Both the position numbers and the translations under genes were made by a program. This document shows, in pieces, positions 17,927 to 27,834 of a stretch of DNA of 62,841 nt; positions within the stretch are counted from its first letter, which is position 1, and the number at the start of each line of letters is the position of its first letter. The stretch is from an uncultured archaeon (GTDB lineage: Archaea; Asgardarchaeota; Thorarchaeia; Thorarchaeales; Thorarchaeaceae). The stretch is from the NCBI GenBank assembly GCA_964610875.1, contig CAZSWP010000021.1, forward strand, positions 1-62,841, read 5' to 3'. The notes under the pieces were generated by a model. It worked only from the letters and a program-made list of their open reading frames with translations. It was not told the origin of the DNA and did not search any database.

Positions 17927-20831
17927 ACGGCGGAGATCCATCAGACTCCCATTGAGGTTCCCACTCTCGCTCAGTCACTCTCTTGATTTTTCGTTTTCCA
18001 CCAAACTTCAGGAAAGCAACATATCCGAGTGCTACTCCAACGACACCGAGTAATATTATCATAACATTGAATGACAATTCTGGATCCAACCCTTCCACAG
18101 GAATGAGAATTGAACGTTTTACAATTTTCATATTGCCTTCAGCATCACTGGCAATAATAGTGACATTATAGAAACCCGCTCTCTCCAAGAGAAAAGTGGC
18201 TTGAAACTTATAACCAAGCGATTCGGTAACAGTCAATGAGACTGGTTGGTCATCAACTCTTGTGACGGTCATTAACACATCCAGTAAGGTTTCATCAAAG
18301 ACATATGCTGTTATTTCTGCATTCTCTCCAATCTCTCCATATTGAATTTCCAGTTCTGATATCCTCGGAACATCTGGGATGATCAGCTTTGCGATATTCC
18401 TAAGCAGATTTAGGTTGTCAGCTTCAGATAACGCAGCATCGTATACTGTTGTATCATAGAGAAGTGAACCATCTGAAACTGCTATGACTTTTCCTTTTCC
18501 AGACTGGGCGTAAGCCACAATTGCATACTCTTTTTCGGTAGTAGTCCAAACCAGTCCCTCTGCGCCAGCAACTGAGGGATCAACACTGAATGTACCGCCA
18601 TTCAGGATGTATAGATTCTCAACTCCATCAGTCAGTGAATGATTTTCTACAGTGCCTCCATAATCAACTCCATACACTTCTCCTGTGAATATATCTCCAC
18701 CTTCACCTATCCAATTACGTTCGCATTGAATGCCATACGGTGCCAGAATCTCATTATATGAATCAAAAGCAAACGCAGGTCCACTAGCTGATGAATCAAA
18801 ACCTTCACTCAAAATCAGCAGTATTCCTCCCGCTTCAACAAATGAATGAACTGCTTGAACCTCGGACTCCAAATATGCTAACTCGGTGTCCATAATCATT
18901 AGAACTTCAGTGGTGGATAGTTGAGATGAATCGAACGACACTCTCGTGCCTGCAATTTCATCCCAGTTCTCAGGATATTCCGATGTAACAAATCCTTCCT
19001 TCCTCAGATATTCACTGAAATAATTGTAGTTAGATATGTCATCGGGATCTTCAGCTGAATGATGTCCCATATCTACAATCATTCCGCCTCCATATGTTGT
19101 AACATCAAAAACTAGTTCCATGGAAGCAATGGCGGTATTGTTTTGGACAAGTTGGAGATGTCCGGTATAATGCCCCACAGCCGATAATGGCAAATTCTCA
19201 GGGACTTCCAAGTCTACTTTGAAAAATGAATGTCCAATAGATATTGTGAATTCTTCTACAGTGTCTATGAATTCACTAGCATTTCCAACTGTTCTTACAT
19301 CCGCAACACCATAATTGGATGTGGAGATAACTGTGATACTCTGATTAGGTCTTTCGTCACCAAAGATGAATACTTGTGAAGTGCCAGGTAGAGTTGGATA
19401 TCTCAATGGCGTCATTATTGCAATTGAACCTGATGTTTCTTCAATCATCCTTGATGATTCTGTAACATTCCCAATTCCGTAACCCTGTTCCATTGCATCA
19501 AGACCAAGGTCTGTAGAACCTGCCATCAGAAAAGCTTTCACCTGGGTGGGAGTTAAAGATGGGTGTTTGTCAAGAAGAAGAGCTACAAGACCAGCTATTT
19601 GTGGCGCGGATGCAGATGTACCTGACCACAATGTATAGGTATTTCCATATTGTGTTGTATTAACTCTGGGATAATCCCATGTGTTCGCATCTGGCCAGAT
19701 GCCTGAGAAGACATAAAGACCTGGTGCTAGAATGTCTGGTTTTGCATAATAACCAACTGGCTCAGTGACAGTCCTCACCACTGGCCCTCTGCTGCTGAAT
19801 GACACAACTTCGGTAGTAGATCGAGAACTTCCCACTGTGATAGTTTCGTCTACTATTCCTGGTGAATTGATTGTCATAGCAGCAGGTCCACTATTTCCTG
19901 CAGCGATGACTACTGTCACACCGGCTTCTACAGCTGCTTTTGCTGCCAATGTTGAAGGCTCAACTATGAATCCTCCATCAGACCAATCTCCACCCAGACT
20001 TAGACTGATTATATCAACTCCTTCATCAACTGCAAATTCTATTCCTTCTGCAATTATTGAGTCGTCGCCTGCGCCTGTGGAATCAAGTACCTTCACTCCC
20101 AGAATATCTGCTCCTGGTGCCATCCCTGTATATTTCCCGCCATTAACCACTCCTGACCCGGAAACCAACCATGCACACGCTGTACCATGACCTTCATCAT
20201 CGTATGCATCAATACCATCAGTTTCATTCATATCTGATTCATCATTTACAAGATCATAAAATCCAGAAAGTTTTCCTACAAGGTCTGGATGATCACCCAT
20301 AATACCTGTGTCTAGTATTGCAACAGTCATATCTGATCCATCATAGCCCTCGTTCCAAATTCCTTCAGTTCCTAGAATGATGTCTGAATGGACATAACCA
20401 TTATTTCCGCCGGACTGTGACGGAACATATGTTGCATTAAGAAGAGATATTGAGCGTGTGGTTTCAGGCATAATTGAATGGACTAAATTCTCTTTGGCAA
20501 GTTTGAGTACTTGCTCTGATGTAACTGAAATTGTTGCTACGGGGATAATATGAAAGATATGATGCATCTCAAAATCATCGTTCAATAGATGAACTAGATT
20601 TGCTTCAATTACCTCCTTAGGCAAGTTTTCTTGAAACCGCACGGAGATTTTTACTCTCTGATGCTCCGTAAGTGAACTCAATATATGTGAAAGGTTTTCA
20701 GCTATCTTGTTGTCTTGATTGATGGAATCCTGCACTGTCGGACTTACCTCTATTGGCAGTGGTAGTAGCATAATTGTTACAATAATTAAAGCAACTAAGT
20801 AGTTTTTCTTGCCAGACACTATTCTATACAT
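17916..20831 (-). CDS. Membrane-anchored S8 subtilase with GIFT (GldG/IFT52-like) domain; site-1-protease-like architecture
   Basis: Signal peptide, I9-like prodomain, ILDTG / GHGT / AAGNSG / SGTSAS, Ig-like region, class-I-glutamine-amidotransferase-like GIFT domain (VDMGHH...[13 protein letters not shown]...NEILAPYGI...[11 protein letters not shown]), TM and cytoplasmic tail. Confidence 0.9.
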   Translation of the reverse strand: [971 protein letters not shown]

Positions 20832-21005
20832 CCTAGAAACTCAATCTGATTGGATTCCCATCTTGTTTGAAGTTAAGGTTTTTCTTGTTGGCGAAAATGC
20901 ACCAATGCAATATAGCTCGGAACTTCCGAGAAATGAAAGTAAATGCTTTTTTTCTATAGTACACTTGAACAAGATGAAAATCTTGTATCACGAGCTGTAA
21001 GAAGA

Positions 21006-21296
21006 ATGACTACTAACTCACGAACATACAATCGCCGTCTACAAATCAAGCACTTCTTTGATGACCGCGAAACTGGTCAGACAAGAAGGACTTGGCTTGA
21101 GGTACAACTGGCTCCACCAGTAAAGACACCTGAAGGCTGGGTTAATGACGGTAAGGTTCGACTTTCATTGGGGGAGGACAGAGACATCAAAGGAGCGTTT
21201 CTCCTCTCGATTGATGAAGTCTGTCGACTTCACAAGGCACTGGAACTAATAATTTCAGATCATGAGATAGAAAAGACCAACCTATGGAGCGAGTAG
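21006..21296 (+). CDS. Small beta-rich protein, possibly PC4/Whirly-like ssDNA/RNA-binding fold
   Basis: Several beta strands followed by AFLLSIDEVCRLHKALELII helix; the fold call is inference. Confidence 0.65.
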   Translation: MTTNSRTYNRRLQIKHFFDDRETGQTRRTWLEVQLAPPVKTPEGWVNDGKVRLSLGEDRDIKGAFLLSIDEVCRLHKALELIISDHEIEKTNLWSE

Positions 21297-21417
21297 ACCT
21301 ATAGCATACCGTTCTCATTATCTTGGACGGTATCTTCCGTCTTTTCTAGTTGTTTGAAAACACCCCCAGAACAGATATATCTCATCATCTCTAATGTAAT
21401 CAAGTAGCCTAGGAGGA

Positions 21418-22542
21418 ATGCACTTGATTGGAGCTGAAAACCAATACGCCTTCGAGATTCTAATAGACTTTGGATTTCCAAGTAGTGATTTAGTTGCTGT
21501 ATTACCTTATGCGATACCATTACTTTTTGTCAGTCTTCTACTATTCTTCTATCAAAGACATATGCCACAAGACGATATGAAGAGGAATGTAGTTGTCTTG
21601 GCTACATTAATCTGCTTTGTAGGTGCTTTCTTTCTAGTTCTATACGCTGGATTTGGCTCAGTATGGTGGGGTCCTAATGAATTTACTTTTGGGTCATGGT
21701 GGGCTTTCATAACTGCGCTGCAGGGATTGACAGATGTGATATTCAGCTCTGTCATCATCGGTATTGTATTCCTCACATCCATAACTATTGTCTTCGCATT
21801 TCTTGCTTATTCTGTTGTATCTCCCCCTGACCCTGATTTTGTTGGTCTTCGAGAGGAACTCAAAGAAGCAAAAGTTGAGGCATCTCAAGCTACAGATAGT
21901 GTACAGAAAATTGAAGTTGAAAATAAAAGATTGAATGAATATCTCTCTGAGAGAGAAGACAATCTTAAGGTTCTAGAAGAAGAATTAGAACGTCTGAAAG
22001 AAACAATCGAGGAACGAGAAATTGCAGTTGCCGAAATGGCGACTAAACTATCCGAAGTTTCTGAAGTTCCAGAGATTGATACTGAAACGGAACAAGAATA
22101 TCTTTCCACAATATCTAGGAAAGATGAAACAATTAGCCGATTACAATCAGAACTTGCAGACCTGCGTTTGGTCGCAGAATCTGGTGAGGTTATTACTCCA
22201 GATACACCTGCAAAAGATGAGTCAACAAAAGCGATTCAGGAAAAACTTGAATCTGTACAATCCGTCTTGGAAGACTATAGAAGACGTGCTCGGACAGCAT
22301 CTGAAGTTGCAGATAGTGTCATATCTGATCTTGCTGAACTAATTTCACAGGTTGAAAGCAGCGCATTAGATTCTTCTTCAAAAGAATCCCTTACCAGTCT
22401 AATTGAAAACCTAGGAAGAGCGGTTGGTAGAGTTGCGGGACATGCAACTGACAAAGATGAAGGTCCGAAGGTTGAGATGATTGGAGCAGTAATGATGGTT
22501 CACGAGATTGTTGACGCAATAAAGCATTTGACAAGAAAATGA
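21418..22542 (+). CDS. Membrane-anchored coiled-coil protein (3 TM plus long E/K-rich coiled coil)
   Basis: Three hydrophobic segments in the first ~135 aa, followed by heptad-rich sequence. Confidence 0.8.
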   Translation: MHLIGAENQYAFEILIDFGFPSSDLVAVLPYAIPLLFVSLLLFFYQRHMPQDDMKRNVVVLATLICFVGAFFLVLYAGFGSVWWGPNEFTFGSWWAFITALQGLTDVIFSSVIIGIVFLTSITIVFAFLAYSVVSPPDPDFVGLREELKEAKVEASQATDSVQKIEVENKRLNEYLSEREDNLKVLEEELERLKETIEEREIAVAEMATKLSEVSEVPEIDTETEQEYLSTISRKDETISRLQSELADLRLVAESGEVITPDTPAKDESTKAIQEKLESVQSVLEDYRRRARTASEVADSVISDLAELISQVESSALDSSSKESLTSLIENLGRAVGRVAGHATDKDEGPKVEMIGAVMMVHEIVDAIKHLTRK

Positions 22543-22678
22543 CGAGGAATGTAAGAATTGATTCTCTATGACAGGAATTGTTAACGGATGGATGATTTTA
22601 CTTCCACTACGCATAATCTCACTTTCAATCGTAACCCTTAATAGTACCAAGTTCTCAAGTTTGAACTAATCACAACAC

Positions 22679-22799
22679 TGTAGAGAACGCGCATCAGAGG
22701 AGACGTACTCGAGGCATTATTTCCTCGACTACAAGAGGTATTTTTTGCGTAAGAGAGAATATTCTATATTTCTCCCATTTTACGCCGTGTTACTCTACA
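22679..22799 (+). promoter_or_regulatory. Structured 5' leader (three-way junction) of the 1629-aa subtilase gene
   Basis: TGTAGAGAACGCG 22679-22691 / CGTGTT-A-CTCTACA 22786-22799; TCGAGG/CCTCGA; GCGTAA/TTACGC; TATA-like CTTAATA near 22637. Confidence 0.55.
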
Positions 22800-22827
22800 A
22801 ATACATGTGAGGAGTAGAAAACGGAAT

Positions 22828-25800
22828 ATGAATAGCAATAAGGCTATGGTTCTGCTATTGGTTGCAGTTTTTGCAGTTTCTATGGCATACGTGCCATTTG
22901 CAGCTGTCACACCAACCGCAGCAGCACCAATTGAATCTGCTCCTGCTAGTATGGAACAACAACTCATGGATAAATATGCAAATCAAATCATGAATGATGT
23001 TCCATCGGCAGAGAGAATGGATCCAACCCTAAGGTCATTCATGGAATCCGGTTACCTCGATAGTGACGTAGTAAAGACCTCTAATGACGAGGTCAAAATC
23101 GTCCTATTCTTGTCACCTGATGCTGACTACGCAGCAGTTAAAGAAGTAGTCAACGTCAATTGGCGAATGGATCTAAAACTTGTAGCTGTTATTTCTGGCT
23201 CAATTGCTGACAGAACAGCTCTTAAGATCCTGGAAACAATTAACGGTGTCAAGTACATTCAAGCAGACCGCATGCTTGACTATGTCGAAATTGATGATGT
23301 GGTCGCTCCAGACCAATTCGCAATTGACGATATTGTCGGTGCATCATATGCACAAGCAAAGGGTTACACAGGCGATGGCGTCGTCCTCGGTATTGTTGAC
23401 GATGGTGCCGACTTTAGTGCCCCTGACTTGAAAGATGCAGTCTTTATTGATGAAGATGGTAATCCAGGTTCCTTTGACCCGACCGGACACGGTATAACCG
23501 AGATGGTGGTTGGAAACTATACAAATGTAGCAAATGTCACAGCTTGGCTTGAAGAAGGTAATGTGCTAACTTACAAAGATGGCACTGATTACTATATCAA
23601 TGTCACAGGCTGGGACCCAATGACTAATAATGAAGGTGGTCATAGATCACTCATGGGTCTGCTGCCTCCATATGGCGATGGATATCCATACGGAGCCAAT
23701 ATTGGTTTCATCGGTCTCTATGAATGGGCTTGGGGCATAAACAATGGTTCTGAGTTCGTTTACAATGAGATGTGGAAAGACTGGAAGATTCCAGAACCAG
23801 CTGATGGAGTAAACTACACCTTTGGTTGGGTAATGCAGCAACGTCAGAGCCCATACAACAAGCTCTTCGCTCCTTCAATGATCTACGATGGTGAATTGAT
23901 CATTGACTGGAACGGTACACTAGCTTGGACAATGATGTGGAACTGGGCGTTCTATTATGAGGAAATTGACCTCAACGTGACCGCAGACCGTGATTGGATC
24001 ACAGGCATGATGGACTGGGACTTCACTGATGAAGTCACAAACCTTAACGTATACAAAGTCGGTGATCCTGCAAACACTGCTGATGACATTGTTCTATCAG
24101 CTGACATGGACAATGACGGCGTAGATGACATCGGTATCGGTTCATTATCTTGGGCCTATGACGGTGCAGGTTTCCTAAGCAGCCATCTTGATCCATTAGT
24201 ACCTGGTATCTCTGCTGATAATATGACATGGGCAGCCATGTATAACAGCGGCGGTATTCACGGCACATGGTGTACAAGCGCAATGGCTGGTCGTGCAGTT
24301 TACGATCATGCTCTATATGACAATTCAACAACTTACACACTCGCAGGTATGGCACCTGACGCAAAAGTGATTGCAACAAGAGGCCTTACTTCGGGTTCAG
24401 ATCTGGGTTCACAGTTCTGGGCTGCTGGATTCCATCTAGACACTGATGGTAACTTCACATACACCACAGCTGGCGCAAAGCACAAAGCACACATAATCTC
24501 CAACTCTTGGGGTTATGTCAATGGTGCTTATCTCGACTTAACATATCTAACATTATCTTGGGACTTATTGTCAGTACCCGAAGTGATTAATGCCTCCTAT
24601 CCAGGAACATTATTCTTTGTTTCGGCCGGAAACTCCGGTGGCGATTACATGACCGGAAGTCCACCTGGCGACGCGTTCTCTGTTGTTTCTGTAGGTGGTA
24701 CAATTGCTACCCACATTTACGACGATGTCTATGGTCCTCAAGAACAATATAGCTTGGGCCAAGAAGCATGGTTCGCCTCAAACGGGCCTAACTTCGTTGG
24801 TAGTCCAAAGCCTGATGTAGTTGCACCTGCAATCTTCGGATTCAGTGCTACACCTTCAATCAACGTGTGGAGTGGACTCGGTGACTCATTCTCAGGTTGG
24901 AGTGGTACAAGTCTTGCTTGTCCAATAGCAGTTGGTGTAGGAGCACTCATCGCAGAGGCTCTAATGGATGCCTATTCAATAGCCCCCGAAGACATGAATC
25001 CGCTATGGATTAAGAATGTACTGCTCTCAAGTGCCAAAGATCTTGGTTATGATCCATTCATACAAGGTCATGGTCTAGTAGATGCAGCTGCAGCAATTGA
25101 TGCAATCGACGGTACTAATACGGATGACCTGTACATCACAGCATACAGCTTCGACCACTATGCAGATGCGGTTGCTGATGCTTGGGCATACTGGATTCCT
25201 GATTGGAACCCATTTGGTGTCTGGTTTGATGAGGGATTGACAACACCAGTTGGTCTAGAATCAAGCAGTATCTTCTTCGGAAATGTGCAACGTGATGGAT
25301 CATATTGGGTCAACATGACCCTTGAAAGCTATACTGCTATACCAAACTACTATGACCCAGATGACTTCACCTACGAAGCCTGGTACTGGGAAGTCGACGA
25401 ACAGTTTACATACGAAGTCGAAACAACTTCACAAAACGATACGAACCTACATTACGTCTATCGTGGCGATATGTGGAATATGAGTGCAGAGATGGACTCG
25501 CCTGACTTCACAGCCATGACTGGCGCAAACTATGTAACCATTTCAGCAACCTTTGATGCTGACTATGCTGGCGACATTGGTCTGCGAATCATTGACTACA
25601 ATGATACAAACGCAGATACTGTCACAAACTACTACTACAATGCCACCTATCCTGGTGACTACTTGCAGTGGATTAGTCGTGACACTAACAATGCGAACTC
25701 GCTACATGCCAGATTGTCAGTTCCTGAAGGTACTGGAACAATAGCTGACCTCTTCAATAAGTATCCTTGTGTCTTCCTAGATGATGACAATGCAAACGAG

Positions 25801-27696
25801 ACCCATGGTACCGATGTATTGCTCACATTCACAATCTGGAAGAAGACAACTGATGCCCAAATTGGAGACGATACAAGCAGTCTGAACCACTTCAACTTCA
25901 CGTTGGATGTTGCATCTGATGCCGAATACGGCATCAACCAAGGCACCATCAAAATAACCCATGGTACATGGACTCACATGATTCCATACTCATACATGGT
26001 TACAATGGATGTTGGTGGTGCTGCAGGCGACCTCAATGTCTTAGCTAATGGTACAGCTGATACAACTGTCACACCTTATGACAATCAGAAGTACTTCGCT
26101 TCATACGATATTGACGCTGTTTACAGTATGGATGGCGGTGGTTACAGAACCTTCGTCTTGAATGTTCCAGATGTCGGCTATCCAGCTAACAACATATCGA
26201 CACTCGTTCTCAGAGCTGAGTGGGAGAATCCTGGTACTGTCGTTGACATGTACCTACGTGCACCAACCTATCACCTGCTATGGCAGAGTGACGATGGCTG
26301 GGGCGGACCATTCGACCCAACTCCAACTGAGGACACCAAGAATACACTAGTCTATCAACCAGGTGGTTTGATCAATGGCACATACTACCTCGCAGTAGGA
26401 ATTCACGTCTTTGACGGAGCCGCTGCATGGGAGAATGTGACCCTCACAATCCAATGGTTCAATGATACACACATTCCAGCTCCAACAGTAGATCCACTCT
26501 TCTGGGAGCGTGGTGATGAGGCAAACAAGGCTTCGTTCGACGGTGATGATGTCCTGACTGGAGATCACATTTTCGTATCGAATACTTGGGATGTCGATCA
26601 ACCCGCGAATGTGTCTGAATACGACATTGCTTGGACAAGGATGGCATTCCTGAGTGGTCTTTACGAAGTCAGAACTGGTACATACGCTGATCCTGGTGGA
26701 CTTGATGATTGGCCAATCGCACTGAGCCTCACAGACAACTATGTCTGGGAAGGAATCAAAGGCGATGGCGAAACAGCTATCAAAGCAAACGAAAAAGTAC
26801 AAGTCTCCCTAGACGCTGGAGGTGTTGATCCATCATTCGACGTATACGTTTGGGATGATGCGAACAATGACGGTTTAGTCGGTCTAGATGAGATTGGTGC
26901 TACCGCTCTGCTATCGGTTGACGATGGTGGTGGCGATGCTGACGAATCTGGTTCATTCACTGCAGCAGCAGACATGGATATCGCTATCCGGGTATTCACA
27001 TGGGCTTGGGCCTACCATGCCGGTGCTCAATACATTCTGGAAGTCGATACAAGACAGTCTGTTGACGAGGATAGCACAGATGAATACACTGAATTTGACA
27101 CCTATGACCTAGGTGCTAACTTCACGTACACTGTCATCTTCACTGCTTGGACCTACACTGATGTCGTATTCACATACGAAGTTGGTGCAGTCACCTTCAA
27201 CAACCACTTTGTCCCACAGATAGAAATCACTGCTCCTGAAGCAGATGATGAGTTCACGGACGAAGTAGAGATCACATGGACTGCGTCGGACTACAACTCT
27301 GATGATGAGCATTTCTTCGAAGTACTAGTATCATCAGACGGAGGAACTACATTCCAGCTATTAGCCAAGAATATTACAACACTCACCTACACATGGAATT
27401 CTGAAGGATTCCTGATTGATGAGTATGTTGTGATGGTTCGTGTCTATGACAACGATCCTAACCTGAATCCGAATGCCCTTGCTAACGAGGCATACACGCC
27501 TGGTTACATGAACTATGATATCAGTGGGGCGTTTCTAGCTGGTACTGTTCAACCACAGACAACTACAGAACCAACTGACACAGATACCGGACCAACTACA
27601 CCTCCTGGAATCGATCCTCTATGGATTGGTCTACTTGGTGGTATTGGAATCGGTGTTGTCGTGATTCTGATTCTCTTCCTCGTGAAGAGAAAGTAG
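22828..27696 (+). CDS. Very large cell-surface S8 protease (pyrolysin-like), C-terminal TM anchor
   Basis: Signal peptide; GIVDDG / IHGTWC / SAGNSG / SGTSLACP; ~290-aa insert between Asp and His; many N-x-S/T sequons; Thr/Pro linker, TM and KRK tail. Confidence 0.92.
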   Translation: MNSNKAMVLLLVAVFAVSMAYVPFAAVTPTAAAPIESAPASMEQQLMDKYANQIMNDVPSAERMDPTLRSFMESGYLDSDVVKTSNDEVKIVLFLSPDADYAAVKEVVNVNWRMDLKLVAVISGSIADRTALKILETINGVKYIQADRMLDYVEIDDVVAPDQFAIDDIVGASYAQAKGYTGDGVVLGIVDDGADFSAPDLKDAVFIDEDGNPGSFDPTGHGITEMVVGNYTNVANVTAWLEEGNVLTYKDGTDYYINVTGWDPMTNNEGGHRSLMGLLPPYGDGYPYGANIGFIGLYEWAWGINNGSEFVYNEMWKDWKIPEPADGVNYTFGWVMQQRQSPYNKLFAPSMIYDGELIIDWNGTLAWTMMWNWAFYYEEIDLNVTADRDWITGMMDWDFTDEVTNLNVYKVGDPANTADDIVLSADMDNDGVDDIGIGSLSWAYDGAGFLSSHLDPLVPGISADNMTWAAMYNSGGIHGTWCTSAMAGRAVYDHALYDNSTTYTLAGMAPDAKVIATRGLTSGSDLGSQFWAAGFHLDTDGNFTYTTAGAKHKAHIISNSWGYVNGAYLDLTYLTLSWDLLSVPEVINASYPGTLFFVSAGNSGGDYMTGSPPGDAFSVVSVGGTIATHIYDDVYGPQEQYSLGQEAWFASNGPNFVGSPKPDVVAPAIFGFSATPSINVWSGLGDSFSGWSGTSLACPIAVGVGALIAEALMDAYSIAPEDMNPLWIKNVLLSSAKDLGYDPFIQGHGLVDAAAAIDAIDGTNTDDLYITAYSFDHYADAVADAWAYWIPDWNPFGVWFDEGLTTPVGLESSSIFFGNVQRDGSYWVNMTLESYTAIPNYYDPDDFTYEAWYWEVDEQFTYEVETTSQNDTNLHYVYRGDMWNMSAEMDSPDFTAMTGANYVTISATFDADYAGDIGLRIIDYNDTNADTVTNYYYNATYPGDYLQWISRDTNNANSLHARLSVPEGTGTIADLFNKYPCVFLDDDNANETHGTDVLLTFTIWKKTTDAQIGDDTSSLNHFNFTLDVASDAEYGINQGTIKITHGTWTHMIPYSYMVTMDVGGAAGDLNVLANGTADTTVTPYDNQKYFASYDIDAVYSMDGGGYRTFVLNVPDVGYPANNISTLVLRAEWENPGTVVDMYLRAPTYHLLWQSDDGWGGPFDPTPTEDTKNTLVYQPGGLINGTYYLAVGIHVFDGAAAWENVTLTIQWFNDTHIPAPTVDPLFWERGDEANKASFDGDDVLTGDHIFVSNTWDVDQPANVSEYDIAWTRMAFLSGLYEVRTGTYADPGGLDDWPIALSLTDNYVWEGIKGDGETAIKANEKVQVSLDAGGVDPSFDVYVWDDANNDGLVGLDEIGATALLSVDDGGGDADESGSFTAAADMDIAIRVFTWAWAYHAGAQYILEVDTRQSVDEDSTDEYTEFDTYDLGANFTYTVIFTAWTYTDVVFTYEVGAVTFNNHFVPQIEITAPEADDEFTDEVEITWTASDYNSDDEHFFEVLVSSDGGTTFQLLAKNITTLTYTWNSEGFLIDEYVVMVRVYDNDPNLNPNALANEAYTPGYMNYDISGAFLAGTVQPQTTTEPTDTDTGPTTPPGIDPLWIGLLGGIGIGVVVILILFLVKRK

Positions 27697-27711
27697 TCGA
27701 TCTAGCTTATT

Positions 27712-27750
27712 GGGGACTCATGTCCCCTACCCCCTTTCTTTTTTCATTTT
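27712..27750 (+). terminator. Hairpin plus U-tract terminator
   Basis: GGGGAC-TCAT-GTCCCC followed by CTTTCTTTTTTCATTTT. Confidence 0.7.
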
Positions 27751-27834
27751 AATCAAAATTAGCTGACACTAGCAGTATGCATTACTCAACAAAGAGTGGC
27801 ATTTCAACCCACAAAAGATTGGAAAAAAATGAAT

